Below, in pieces: positions 18,925-26,071 of a stretch of 62,954 nt of DNA (within the stretch, counting starts at the first letter, position 1; every line of letters begins with the position of its first letter). The notes under the pieces are model-generated. The model had not been told where the DNA came from, made no database searches, and saw only the letters and a program-made list of their open reading frames with translations. The position numbers and the translations under genes were made by a program. Origin of the DNA: a virus (lineage: Duplodnaviria; Caudoviricetes); the IMG/VR virus record IMGVR_UViG_3300035703_000093, positions 1 through 62,954 of that record; one strand, written 5' to 3'.

Positions 18925-19377
18925 TTAGGCGATTTTGCGGGCGGGGGTTTCTTCTTCCACGTCGATGACGCGGCGGGCTTCGACATCGTGGGTTTTGACG
19001 ACGCGGAGGTCCATGCGCTGCTGGTCGGGGTCGTGAGCGAGGAGCTGGCCGTCGGGGGTGACGAAGAGGGTGGTGTCGGCGCGTTCTTCCTGGGGCACTT
19101 TTTTGGAGATGCTGGCCGTGATGCCCATCTTGCGGGCACCGTTGGGGCTGAATTTCAGCTTGATGGTGACCTCGCCTTTTTTGGTGAGGTTGTAGGATGC
19201 GGCGGCGACTTCGAGGAGCGTGGCACCGAGTTCTTCGATGAAGCCACCGCCTTCAAGACGGCAGAGGGCGACGACAGCGGGGCTGGCGATGGTGGTGGGG
19301 CGGAGATCGGCGGGGACTTCGATGGTCTGGATGTCGAGGGATTGCTCGGCTTGTTTGCTGGGGGCGAGTTTATTCAT
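18925..19377 (-). CDS. Partner of DUF2303 (YfdP-like)
   Basis: EVAAA....KKGEVTIKLK...LFVTPDGQL...DP.Q. Confidence 0.75.
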   Translation of the reverse strand: MNKLAPSKQAEQSLDIQTIEVPADLRPTTIASPAVVALCRLEGGGFIEELGATLLEVAAASYNLTKKGEVTIKLKFSPNGARKMGITASISKKVPQEERADTTLFVTPDGQLLAHDPDQQRMDLRVVKTHDVEARRVIDVEEETPARKIA

Positions 19378-19429
19378 GGTGTTGGCGGTGGTTTGCGTTG
19401 TTTGCTGTGGTTTGCGATGGTTGGGAGGA

Positions 19430-19645
19430 TTAGCGGGCGTGGAGGTCGTAGCTGAGGGTGTGATGGGTGAAGCAGGTTTTGCCGAAAAGGGCGGTGGCGT
19501 AGGGGTTGTAGCGGTAGGGTTGGCGGGGGGCGGGGTGGTCGGTGTCGGCGTAGATCTCGATGCAGTGGGCGGGAACGTCGTCCATGTCTTCGCCATCGAG
19601 CGGGCCGCCGATGAGGTGGACGGTTTGGACGGTGGTGAGGCTCAT
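19430..19645 (-). CDS. Hypothetical protein
   Basis: LIGGPLDG motif; translationally coupled. Confidence 0.55.
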   Translation of the reverse strand: MSLTTVQTVHLIGGPLDGEDMDDVPAHCIEIYADTDHPAPRQPYRYNPYATALFGKTCFTHHTLSYDLHAR

Positions 19646-19887
19646 GGGATGGGAAGCCAGCCGAGGAGGTGGGCGGCGTAGGTGAGGGCGGTGAAGGCCA
19701 AGAAGGCGATGCCGGCGTATTTGATGATGCGGGCGGTGTCTTCGGCGTCCTGGCGGGCTTCGATGCGCCAGCGGGGCTCGGGGGAGCAGCCGGGGGTGAG
19801 GCTGCCGTGGGGAAGGTCGAGGTGGCGGTTGAGGTCGATGCCTCGGAGGTGGGTGACGATGGGGCAGGTGTCGCGGGGGAGTTGCAT
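19642..19887 (-). CDS. Small protein with C-terminal transmembrane segment
   Basis: YAGIAFLAFTALTYAAHLLGWL. Confidence 0.55.
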   Translation of the reverse strand: MQLPRDTCPIVTHLRGIDLNRHLDLPHGSLTPGCSPEPRWRIEARQDAEDTARIIKYAGIAFLAFTALTYAAHLLGWLPIP

Positions 19888-19892
19888 GGGGT

Positions 19893-20014
19893 GTTCTCGG
19901 TTCTCGGTTCTCGGTTCTCGGTTCTCTGTTCTCTGTTCTCGGTTCTCGGTTCTCTGTTCTCGGTTCTCTGTTCTCTGTTCTCGGTTCTCTGTTCGCGGTT
20001 CTCTGTTCGCGGTT
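19893..20014. repeat. Heptamer tandem array, about 17 units of GTTC(T/G)C(G/T)
   Basis: GTTCTCG/GTTCTCT/GTTCGCG units read directly. Shorter copies at about 13798, 25611, 26990, 30296, 36584, 37661, 39731, 42535, 42751 and 43581. Confidence 0.95.
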
Positions 20015-20016
20015 GG

Positions 20017-20784
20017 TCAGGCGGTGAGTTGCAGGATGTTGGTGGCGGTGGAGGTTTGGGCGGGAAGGTTGAGGCGGCGGCGGAGCCATTCGACGCCTTT
20101 GGGGGTGATGCGGGTTTGCGTGAAGGCGTGCTCGTGGGCCTCGCCGGTGCGGACGGTGAAGTAGCCGTCGCGCAGGTGCTCGGCGTAGGGCTGGAGGTGG
20201 CCGCCTTCGCGGAAGCAGAGGCGCTGCTTCTCAAGGCGGGTGGTGAACTGCTTCGGGGGCAGGCCGAGCAGCTTGGCCGTCTCCCGCAGGCCGAAGGTGC
20301 CCTCGGTCTGGACGTAGGACTCGACGAACTCGACGGCGGGGCGCTGGGCCTCGACCTGGAGTTTGAGGGCCTCGGCCTGCTCGCAGGAGTCGGCCAGCAG
20401 GCGGAGGGCCTCGGAGAAGGTCTTTGGCAGGTCGAAGGGCGGCGGGGGAGGGGCTGGGACGACGGTGTAGGTGCCGGTGCGGCGGAGGGTGGGGAGGACT
20501 TCACTGGTCACCCATTTGCGGAAGGTCTGGGCTTCGGGCTTGCGGGACTTGAAGACGAGAGTGTAGAGGCCGGACTCGGTTATGGTGACCACGGTTCTCT
20601 TGCCGTCGGCTGTCTCAGTAATACTTAGACCGCGCTCATCTTCGGCTAGACCTTTCGCGGCTTCGGTTGGGTTGGTAAGGCCTAAAGCGTTACATATATC
20701 GTGCATAACGAACTTGACCTGCCCGTCCTCGATGACGGTGCGGACGTTTTGCGTGCCGAAGGTGAAGGTTTGGAGGGTGGTCAT
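20017..20784 (-). CDS. Antirepressor, BRO-N + ANT/KilAC domains
   Basis: ITESGLYTLVFKSRKPEA..FRKWVTSEVLP.LRRTG.Y; LPKTFSEALRLLAD; TRITPKGVEWL. Confidence 0.92.
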   Translation of the reverse strand: MTTLQTFTFGTQNVRTVIEDGQVKFVMHDICNALGLTNPTEAAKGLAEDERGLSITETADGKRTVVTITESGLYTLVFKSRKPEAQTFRKWVTSEVLPTLRRTGTYTVVPAPPPPPFDLPKTFSEALRLLADSCEQAEALKLQVEAQRPAVEFVESYVQTEGTFGLRETAKLLGLPPKQFTTRLEKQRLCFREGGHLQPYAEHLRDGYFTVRTGEAHEHAFTQTRITPKGVEWLRRRLNLPAQTSTATNILQLTA

Positions 20785-20819
20785 GGTGCGGGTGGGGCTG
20801 GACAGGCTGGCAGCCTGTT

Positions 20820-21377
20820 TCACGCGGGGAGGTAGTGGGTGTCCCAAGGGTTGCCGTCGGCCTCGATGTTCCGCACGAGGCCGCGGTCGGTGAGGGCGTA
20901 GAGGTAATCTTGGACCTCATCGGCGGTGCGGTTGCAGTGCATGGAAACATCGTCCGGGGAGAAGCCGCCGGTGGGCTGCGGGGCGGCGTTTTTGACAAGG
21001 TGGCGCAGGGCGGCGAGAATTGATTCTTCGGCGGGCAAGAGGGCACCGTCCTTCATTTCTGCGCGGGCAGCGGTCATAGCTGCGCGGGCAGCGGTCATAG
21101 CTGCGCGGACGTAAGCGACGTAGGCGGTGAGGGCAGCTTTGGTTTCTGGGAGGTTGGGTTCAGTGAGGTTTGATTCTTCAATGGCGGTGAGACAGTTTTC
21201 CAATGCCTGTGGGTCAGCTTCCTCCAGGACGATAGGCAGCCATGCGGCGACACTGGCCAGCACATGACCAGATCTGTTATTTTTAACGAGGTAAACCGCA
21301 TGCGGCGTGCTTTGCAGGGTGTGTTCAAGGAAGGACGCGTGGTGATAATCTTCGAGGGTGGGAAGTGGGTCTTGCAT
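20820..21377 (-). CDS. Hypothetical protein with C-terminal winged helix
   Basis: EVQDYLYALTDRGLV; internal 21-bp tandem duplication at 21060-21108 (AAMTAAR x2). Confidence 0.6.
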   Translation of the reverse strand: MQDPLPTLEDYHHASFLEHTLQSTPHAVYLVKNNRSGHVLASVAAWLPIVLEEADPQALENCLTAIEESNLTEPNLPETKAALTAYVAYVRAAMTAARAAMTAARAEMKDGALLPAEESILAALRHLVKNAAPQPTGGFSPDDVSMHCNRTADEVQDYLYALTDRGLVRNIEADGNPWDTHYLPA

Positions 21378-21420
21378 GGCGGGTGTGGATTGAGGACAGG
21401 CTGGCAGCCTGTTTCACGGG

Positions 21421-21630
21421 TCAGGCGGGTTCGAGGGTGATGCCGGCGTGGGTGAGCTTGCGGCTGATGAGCTTGGCGAGCAGGCCGGCGGGGGTGGTGC
21501 GCTGGAGGTGGGCGTTGGCCTCCAGGTCGGCTCGGAGATCGGCGGGGAGGTTGCGGGTGTTGAGCTTGAGGAGGACGATGCCGTCGTCCTGGTCAGGCGG
21601 GGAGGCGGCGGGAGCGGGGTGTTTTTCCAT
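21421..21630 (-). CDS. Small RHH-like protein, first gene of the leftward operon
   Basis: LNTRNLPADLRADLEANA...TTPAGLLAKLI. Confidence 0.55.
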   Translation of the reverse strand: MEKHPAPAASPPDQDDGIVLLKLNTRNLPADLRADLEANAHLQRTTPAGLLAKLISRKLTHAGITLEPA

Positions 21631-21669
21631 GTTGCGGGTGGGTGGTTGCGGGTTCAGGGTGGGGGCGCT

Positions 21670-22017
21670 ATGAAAGACGGGATCGAGAAAATCGTCGGGG
21701 CAGTGGTTGCCATTCTGGGCGTCGCGCTTGGAGTGTTTGTGACCTTTGTGGTGTATTTACAGGCGGCCAGCGTGATGGCTGGATTTGCCGCGGCTTGCGG
21801 CATCATTTTGCTGCTGACGGTGGCGTTCTGGCCCTTGTATTTGCTGCTGGGAGTCCTGCTGAAATGTTGGGACAACCGGGAGCCTGTTGTCGAAATGCTG
21901 AGGCATTGGGCCTGGGTGGTGCAGCGGGCGCTTTTGTGGGCGCTGGGATTGTTTTTCGCCGTTCTCGTGACGTATGCCATTCTCATGGCTGTCTTTGGCT
22001 GGATTGATGGGCGGTGA
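21670..22017 (+). CDS. Membrane protein with about 3 TM helices
   Basis: Strongly hydrophobic ORF upstream of the repressor. Confidence 0.6.
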   Translation: MKDGIEKIVGAVVAILGVALGVFVTFVVYLQAASVMAGFAAACGIILLLTVAFWPLYLLLGVLLKCWDNREPVVEMLRHWAWVVQRALLWALGLFFAVLVTYAILMAVFGWIDGR

Positions 22018-22120
22018 TTTGCTGGTATGTGCATATCGTGCTGCTCTGTGTTTTTCGCACAGGCGGCTCGGGTTGGCAACTTTTATTTGCATATTCTGCG
22101 ATTTTGTGCATTTTGCACCC

Positions 22121-22738
22121 ATGACAATCGACGCAACTTCATTGAAGAGCTGGCGCGAAAGCCGAAAGCTTTCCCAGCTCGATCTTGGTGGAATGCTTGG
22201 CGTTTCACACTCGGCGGTGAACCGCTGGGAGAACGGGCAGGAGATCCCCGGACCGGTGCAGATGCTCCTGCGTCTGCTCATCCACGGCGAGATGCCGTTT
22301 GGCGGCGGGCAGGAGGACACGGTGAAGGAGGAGGCGAAGCACTTCTGGTCGCTCAAGCTGACGCTGGGGGACTGGCACAAGCTGGAAGGGTTGGCGTCCT
22401 CGGCGGGCTTTCCCACGGTGCGGGACTACCTGCTGCATCTTATCCGTGAGCATTTGGAGGAGGAAACCTCCAAAACTTTGTTTATCAGCAATAATCAAGA
22501 TGCCGATACCGTTGGAAATGAGTGCTGCCCGCCCTCGTCAAGTGTCTCGACTGCAACTTCCTGCGAAACCGGCCCCACAGCGCGATCACCCCTGGCCTCG
22601 GCTGCGCCCATTGTCCCGCTACCGACAGCGCACTGGTCCGGGACCGGCGGCGGCGCACCCGCCGCAGGCGCGGGCGGCGAAATGGCGCGGCAGGATGTGG
22701 TGTATGAGAAGCCGAGGAGGCGGCGGAAAGCGGAGTGA
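22121..22738 (+). CDS. XRE-family HTH repressor (CI-like)
   Basis: LKSWRESRKLSQLDLGGMLGVSHSAVNRWENG. Divergent from the early operon. No peptidase domain seen. Confidence 0.82.
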   Translation: MTIDATSLKSWRESRKLSQLDLGGMLGVSHSAVNRWENGQEIPGPVQMLLRLLIHGEMPFGGGQEDTVKEEAKHFWSLKLTLGDWHKLEGLASSAGFPTVRDYLLHLIREHLEEETSKTLFISNNQDADTVGNECCPPSSSVSTATSCETGPTARSPLASAAPIVPLPTAHWSGTGGGAPAAGAGGEMARQDVVYEKPRRRRKAE

Positions 22739-23013
22739 AACCTTACGCCAGACAATGCGGCGGATCTCCGCCTGAACTATCCACGCAGTCCCATGCAGGC
22801 CGTCACAGTTTGGGAATGCAAGGGCGATCACCGAACGGACGCTTCATCGCCGACAAAACTCAATACTGCGAGTCCAGGCCTGGGGCGAAAGAGAAAATAC
22901 GCAACGCCAAACGCGCCTTGAAAAAACGTGCCAGACAACAACTCAAGCGCGAAATGCTGAGTGAGAACAATCAAACTGTGCCGACCGCTGGGGCGCTCGG
23001 TGCATCCGACTAA
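22735..23013 (+). CDS. Small basic protein (distal cassette-like gene, stop codon inside attC1)
   Basis: GTGA overlap with the repressor; NAKRALKKRARQQLK. Confidence 0.6.
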   Translation: MKPYARQCGGSPPELSTQSHAGRHSLGMQGRSPNGRFIADKTQYCESRPGAKEKIRNAKRALKKRARQQLKREMLSENNQTVPTAGALGASD

Positions 23014-23062
23014 ACCCAAAAGCCCAACCGCCCCAGCGGTTGGCACCAGTGCCGGGTTTAGC
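22962..23062 (-). other. attC site 1 (101 bp)
   Basis: Minus strand: GCTAAAC-CCGGC-ACTGGTGC-...stem...-GCACAGT-TTGATT-GTTCTCA, i.e. R'', 5 nt, 8-nt L'', 7-nt L', 6 nt, R'. Confidence 0.85.
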
Positions 23063-23073
23063 CCCGAATCACT

Positions 23074-23391
23074 ATGGACCCACTAATCACAAAAATCGAA
23101 GACCTCACAGAGTTTGCCGGACTGGAGCCAGAAACGATCACGCTGCTAAAGATGGCCGCCGAAGCTCAAAGGACGGGGAAAATGCCGCCGCTACCGATCA
23201 CGACTGCACCGGAACCAACAGTGGGATGGGTAAAATCACCGCGCCGAAACGATTTGGCTGAACGACCAAGCTCACGGCACTGCCGGGGGCGGAAACCAAC
23301 CTCAAACACACTGACTCTATGGCTAAGAAAAAAGCATCCAAAACACCCAGCGCCCCGGCAGTTGACCGTGCAGTGCCTGGTTCGCGCTTGA
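23074..23391 (+). CDS. Cassette E hypothetical protein (reads through attC2)
   Basis: ATG 12 nt after attC1; the C-terminal part is encoded by attC2. Confidence 0.5.
   Translation: MDPLITKIEDLTEFAGLEPETITLLKMAAEAQRTGKMPPLPITTAPEPTVGWVKSPRRNDLAERPSSRHCRGRKPTSNTLTLWLRKKHPKHPAPRQLTVQCLVRA
23257..23386 (-). other. attC site 2 (130 bp)
   Basis: Minus strand: CGCGAAC-CAGGC-ACTGCACG-...CTGCCGGGG/CCCCGGCAG...-CGTGAGC-TTGGTC-GTTCAGC. Confidence 0.88.
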
Positions 23392-23567
23392 TGCGAGTGT
23401 CTGACTTTGAGAACGCTTGCTCCGCTGATCTGAACTGCGACCTGTGGGATGGCTCGCTAAATGCACAGTATGGAGGTAAGATCACGCTGGCTGTGTCGGA
23501 GATGCGATACATCGCAAACGCCTTGCGCTTCATGCAGGGTAGAAGGCAACGCACATGCCTAGACTGA
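23319..23567 (+). CDS. Cassette D hypothetical protein (start inside attC2)
   Basis: MAKKKASK...; AVDRAVPGSR is encoded by the attC arm. Confidence 0.6.
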   Translation: MAKKKASKTPSAPAVDRAVPGSRLMRVSDFENACSADLNCDLWDGSLNAQYGGKITLAVSEMRYIANALRFMQGRRQRTCLD

Positions 23568-23568
23568 G

Positions 23569-23662
23569 CGCGAACGCGGAGGTAAACCAGCCATGAGCGC
23601 CTTTGATATTGACCCTGTGACAGCCCTGCCGCGAATGGCTTGGCTTCACCGTTTTGTTCAGG
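23569..23662 (-). other. attC site 3 (94 bp)
   Basis: Minus strand: CCTGAAC-AAAAC-GGTGAAGC-...AGCCAT/ATGGCT...-GTTTACC-TCCGC-GTTCGCG. Confidence 0.8.
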
Positions 23663-23895
23663 CTTTTCGGGCGTGGAGGCGTGGACGGCTGGAGAGACGA
23701 GCAGTTGCCATCGGAGCCAGATTGGAGCGCATCGAAATAGCTCGCGAGGTGATGAAGATATTTGGAGAAGATGCACTCAAGATCGGCTCGGGCTTTATTG
23801 TCGAGATCATCATGGATAGAATGGAGGCCGAGCGTTCCGAACATGGCCGCCTCAGTAACGAACTCGCACAGATCGAGAAAAGCCTGAACCGATAA
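23593..23895 (+). CDS. Cassette C hypothetical helical protein (start in attC3, stop in attC4)
   Basis: 100-aa ORF filling the cassette. Confidence 0.65.
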   Translation: MSAFDIDPVTALPRMAWLHRFVQAFRAWRRGRLERRAVAIGARLERIEIAREVMKIFGEDALKIGSGFIVEIIMDRMEAERSEHGRLSNELAQIEKSLNR

Positions 23896-24020
23896 AACGC
23901 AGCAACCCCATAGGGCATAAACACGATGGACTCTCCACTACCAACACCCGCCGCCGAAGCGGCAGACTCTCAACCTCCGACAGACGGCCCTATGGGGGTG
24001 GCTGCCGTGCCGTGTTCTGC
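23883..24020 (-). other. attC site 4 (138 bp)
   Basis: Minus strand: GCAGAAC-ACGGC-ACGGCAGC-...CCCCATAGGGC/GCCCTATGGGG...-GCTGCGT-TTTATCG-GTTCAGG. Confidence 0.85.
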
Positions 24021-24207
24021 GTTGGACGCGCTCGACTACGCAATTTACACCTGCAACAATAGGGCGGGAAGCCTGCGTCACGTTGCTTACAACGCAGCGT
24101 GTCACGACATCATTTGTTTTCTTGAGGCGGCAAAGGGTCGCCTCTTGGATGGCGGAGAATTATACGATTATGCGGTTACGCAGAACGACAAGGCTGAGGC
24201 ACCGTAG
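23926..24207 (+). CDS. Cassette B hypothetical protein (start in attC4, stop in attC5)
   Basis: 93-aa ORF filling the cassette. Confidence 0.62.
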   Translation: MDSPLPTPAAEAADSQPPTDGPMGVAAVPCSALDALDYAIYTCNNRAGSLRHVAYNAACHDIICFLEAAKGRLLDGGELYDYAVTQNDKAEAP

Positions 24208-24231
24208 GTTGCCTCCAGCCGCTAGTTCTCA
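24180..24231 (-). other. attC site 5 (52 bp)
   Basis: Minus strand: TGAGAAC-TAGCG-GCTGGAGG-CAACCTACGGTG-CCTCAGC-CTTGTC-GTTCTGC. Confidence 0.85.
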
Positions 24232-24273
24232 TTCCGTGGTCTATGTCGCCGAAAAATAATTTCACTTTGGCCG

Positions 24274-24302
24274 TTGAAAACCTAGCTAGGTTGTGGTTTA
24301 AT
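24274..24302 (+). promoter_or_regulatory. Sigma70-type promoter with palindromic operator
   Basis: TTGAAA-17 nt-TTTAAT with extended -10 TG. Perfect palindrome AACCTAGCTAGGTT (24279-24292) in the spacer. Confidence 0.7.
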
Positions 24303-24367
24303 GGTCGTGTTCTCAATCGAGGACACCGCGCCGGGCGGTTCCCGGCCACTGCTCAAAGCACACTGAC

Positions 24368-25087
24368 ATGAAACACACCATCGAAATCCGCAACGGCTCC
24401 GGCTGGAACAACTATGCTGGCCTCAAAGACCTCAAATCCCTGCCCGCAGGCACCAAGGGGTTGATGAAGAAAAACGGCGTCGCTGAAATCCACATCGGCC
24501 CCGCCGATGATGAAAAACCATTCGGAGTCGCCGCTCGCTATTACGACGCAGACGGCGAAATGATCTGGGAGCAATCGTTTGGCGAAGACAGTTCAGCAAG
24601 CTGGATCAGGAGCCGAGTGACCGCGCTGCTTGAAGAAACAATCAGCGTCCGCCGTGAAAAAGTCCGCGCTGAACGTGCGGCGGAGGCACTCAAGAAAGCC
24701 AACGCAGCAGGCTTCGCGACCGCAAAAGAACACAGCGATCATCTCGCTGCGATGGCGGCCGAGTCGAAAGCAAAAGCAGCAGCAGAACGTGATGCCCGTT
24801 GGGCATGGCTCAAGGGCGAAAATGGCGGACAAGAAGCCGCCGCTGCGGCTCTTGAGAAAATGCGTGAACTGCGCAAAGCCTGCCCGCAAGCCGACGGCAT
24901 GACTCGCGGCGGCAAGCTCGGTAAGCTCATCAATCCTGCCTCCCCATCGGGAGGGTGGGCCGAAGTGTTCGAGGCTTTCGTGATCGACAACGAAACCCGC
25001 AGCAATGGAATGCTCGCATGGCTGCTGCAAAACGGCCACCGCGCCGGTCTCGATGACCGTCATTTCTTCTTCGTCGCAGCCGCATGA
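24368..25087 (+). CDS. Cassette A hypothetical protein
   Basis: 239-aa ORF with A/C-rich codon usage distinct from the phage backbone. Confidence 0.75.
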   Translation: MKHTIEIRNGSGWNNYAGLKDLKSLPAGTKGLMKKNGVAEIHIGPADDEKPFGVAARYYDADGEMIWEQSFGEDSSASWIRSRVTALLEETISVRREKVRAERAAEALKKANAAGFATAKEHSDHLAAMAAESKAKAAAERDARWAWLKGENGGQEAAAAALEKMRELRKACPQADGMTRGGKLGKLINPASPSGGWAEVFEAFVIDNETRSNGMLAWLLQNGHRAGLDDRHFFFVAAA

Positions 25088-25263
25088 AACGTGAATCTCT
25101 CGAACTCCAAGAATCAGACTGGCAGCGGCTCACGGAAGTGGCCGCTGCCACGTCGTCAATTTACTCCGACCGGCCATCATGGCGCAGGCTCATCCTGCGC
25201 ATCGCTCGCGGCGAAGTCCGCTGCTCGGAAGCGCCGAAGGCCAAGAAGCGCCCGAAGGAATGA
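25084..25263 (+). CDS. Cassette A small RHH-like protein (59 aa; not in ORF track)
   Basis: ATGA overlap; MKRESLELQESDWQRLTEVAAATSSIYSDRPSWRRLILRIARGEVRC...; its stop TGA is the first 3 nt of the att box. Confidence 0.65.
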   Translation: MKRESLELQESDWQRLTEVAAATSSIYSDRPSWRRLILRIARGEVRCSEAPKAKKRPKE

Positions 25264-25290
25264 GAACACTGATTCTCAAACAAAAGTCGC
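25261..25290 (-). other. Putative attI
   Basis: Minus strand TTGAGAA-TCAGT-GTTCTCA, with no attC hairpin, 36 nt from the intI start. Its R box is complementary to R'' of attC5. Confidence 0.7.
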
Positions 25291-25302
25291 CGATTAACCC
25301 CG

Positions 25303-25599
25303 ATGAAAACGCGCTCTCCATCCGCTCGTGCTACATTGCAAAAATGCGTCGATCTCCTTCGCAGGAAGCATTACGCGCTCACCACGGAACAGAGTTACTG
25401 TCAGCACATTGGTTCGTATATTGACTGGCTGCGTGATGTGCAGGAACTGCTGGGCCACGCCATCCTGAACACGACGATGATCTACGTCCATGGCGACGGC
25501 GAACGGGTGAGGAGTCCGCTGTCTGCGATGCCGCTGCCTGCCAACGTGGTGCCGTTTGAGTCGCAACAGTCGCAACAAAACCTGGGGAGGGTTGCGTGA
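25303..25599 (+). pseudogene. intI: Internally deleted integron integrase (98-aa open frame)
   Basis: IntI N-terminal motif LRRKHYALTTEQSY joined in frame to the C-terminal RDVQELLGH...TTMIY.H....VRSPL. The central catalytic domain is missing. Confidence 0.88.
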
Positions 25600-25645
25600 T
25601 GGAAACGCCAGTTCTCAGTTCTCAGTTTCCTGCTAACGAATCATC

Positions 25646-26071
25646 ATGAAAGCCCGAGCCGCCATTTGGAAAACACTGGTCGATGAATGCCTGGACAAGG
25701 GGATGTCCCTGCGGGCGACGGCGGCGTTTCTGGCGCTGCCGGTGGGGACGGTGAAGACCTGGAGGCATCGGCAGAGGAAGCAGGCGGACAAGAGTGTCCG
25801 CGTTTCCATGAAACCAGCGATGAAACCGGCTCCTGCGAAGGAGAGGGCCACGGCCATGAAACCAGGCATGAAACCGGGGGTGCATCGCGGGCTGACGGTG
25901 GAGATGATGCCGGGGCGGACGGGGTGGGAGCGGCGGATGACGTGGAGCCTGTTTAGGCGCGGGGAGTGGCCGCCGAAGGAGTGGCGCATTCCGGCGGATT
26001 TGGAAGGCCCGGCGCTGGCGTCGGCGCTGGGGGAGAGGGCGTTCAAGAGCAAACCGAGGGGGGAGGCGTGA
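25646..26071 (+). CDS. HTH protein with MKP repeats
   Basis: GMSLRATAAFLALPVGTVKTWRHR; ATGAAACC repeated 4 times. Confidence 0.6.
   Translation: MKARAAIWKTLVDECLDKGMSLRATAAFLALPVGTVKTWRHRQRKQADKSVRVSMKPAMKPAPAKERATAMKPGMKPGVHRGLTVEMMPGRTGWERRMTWSLFRRGEWPPKEWRIPADLEGPALASALGERAFKSKPRGEA

Larger units (their letters stand above)
22962..25599 (-). mobile_element. Integron: five attC cassettes, putative attI and deleted intI
   Basis: See the individual attC, attI and intI features. Canonical divergent intI/attI/array geometry. Confidence 0.85.

Noticed and set aside
19893-20014. CRISPR array
   Set aside because: Contiguous 7-bp units without unique spacers, and no cas genes recognised.
22600-22961. 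A further attC closing a sixth cassette around ORF 22735-23013
   Set aside because: No plus-strand GTTCTCA-like box with L-box hairpin was found; the ORF overlaps the repressor stop directly.
22962-24231. Reading the five hairpins as simple terminators or a CRISPR-like repeat-spacer array
   Set aside because: They lack U-tracts and share no primary sequence, but they do share attC box geometry and the R-box relay.
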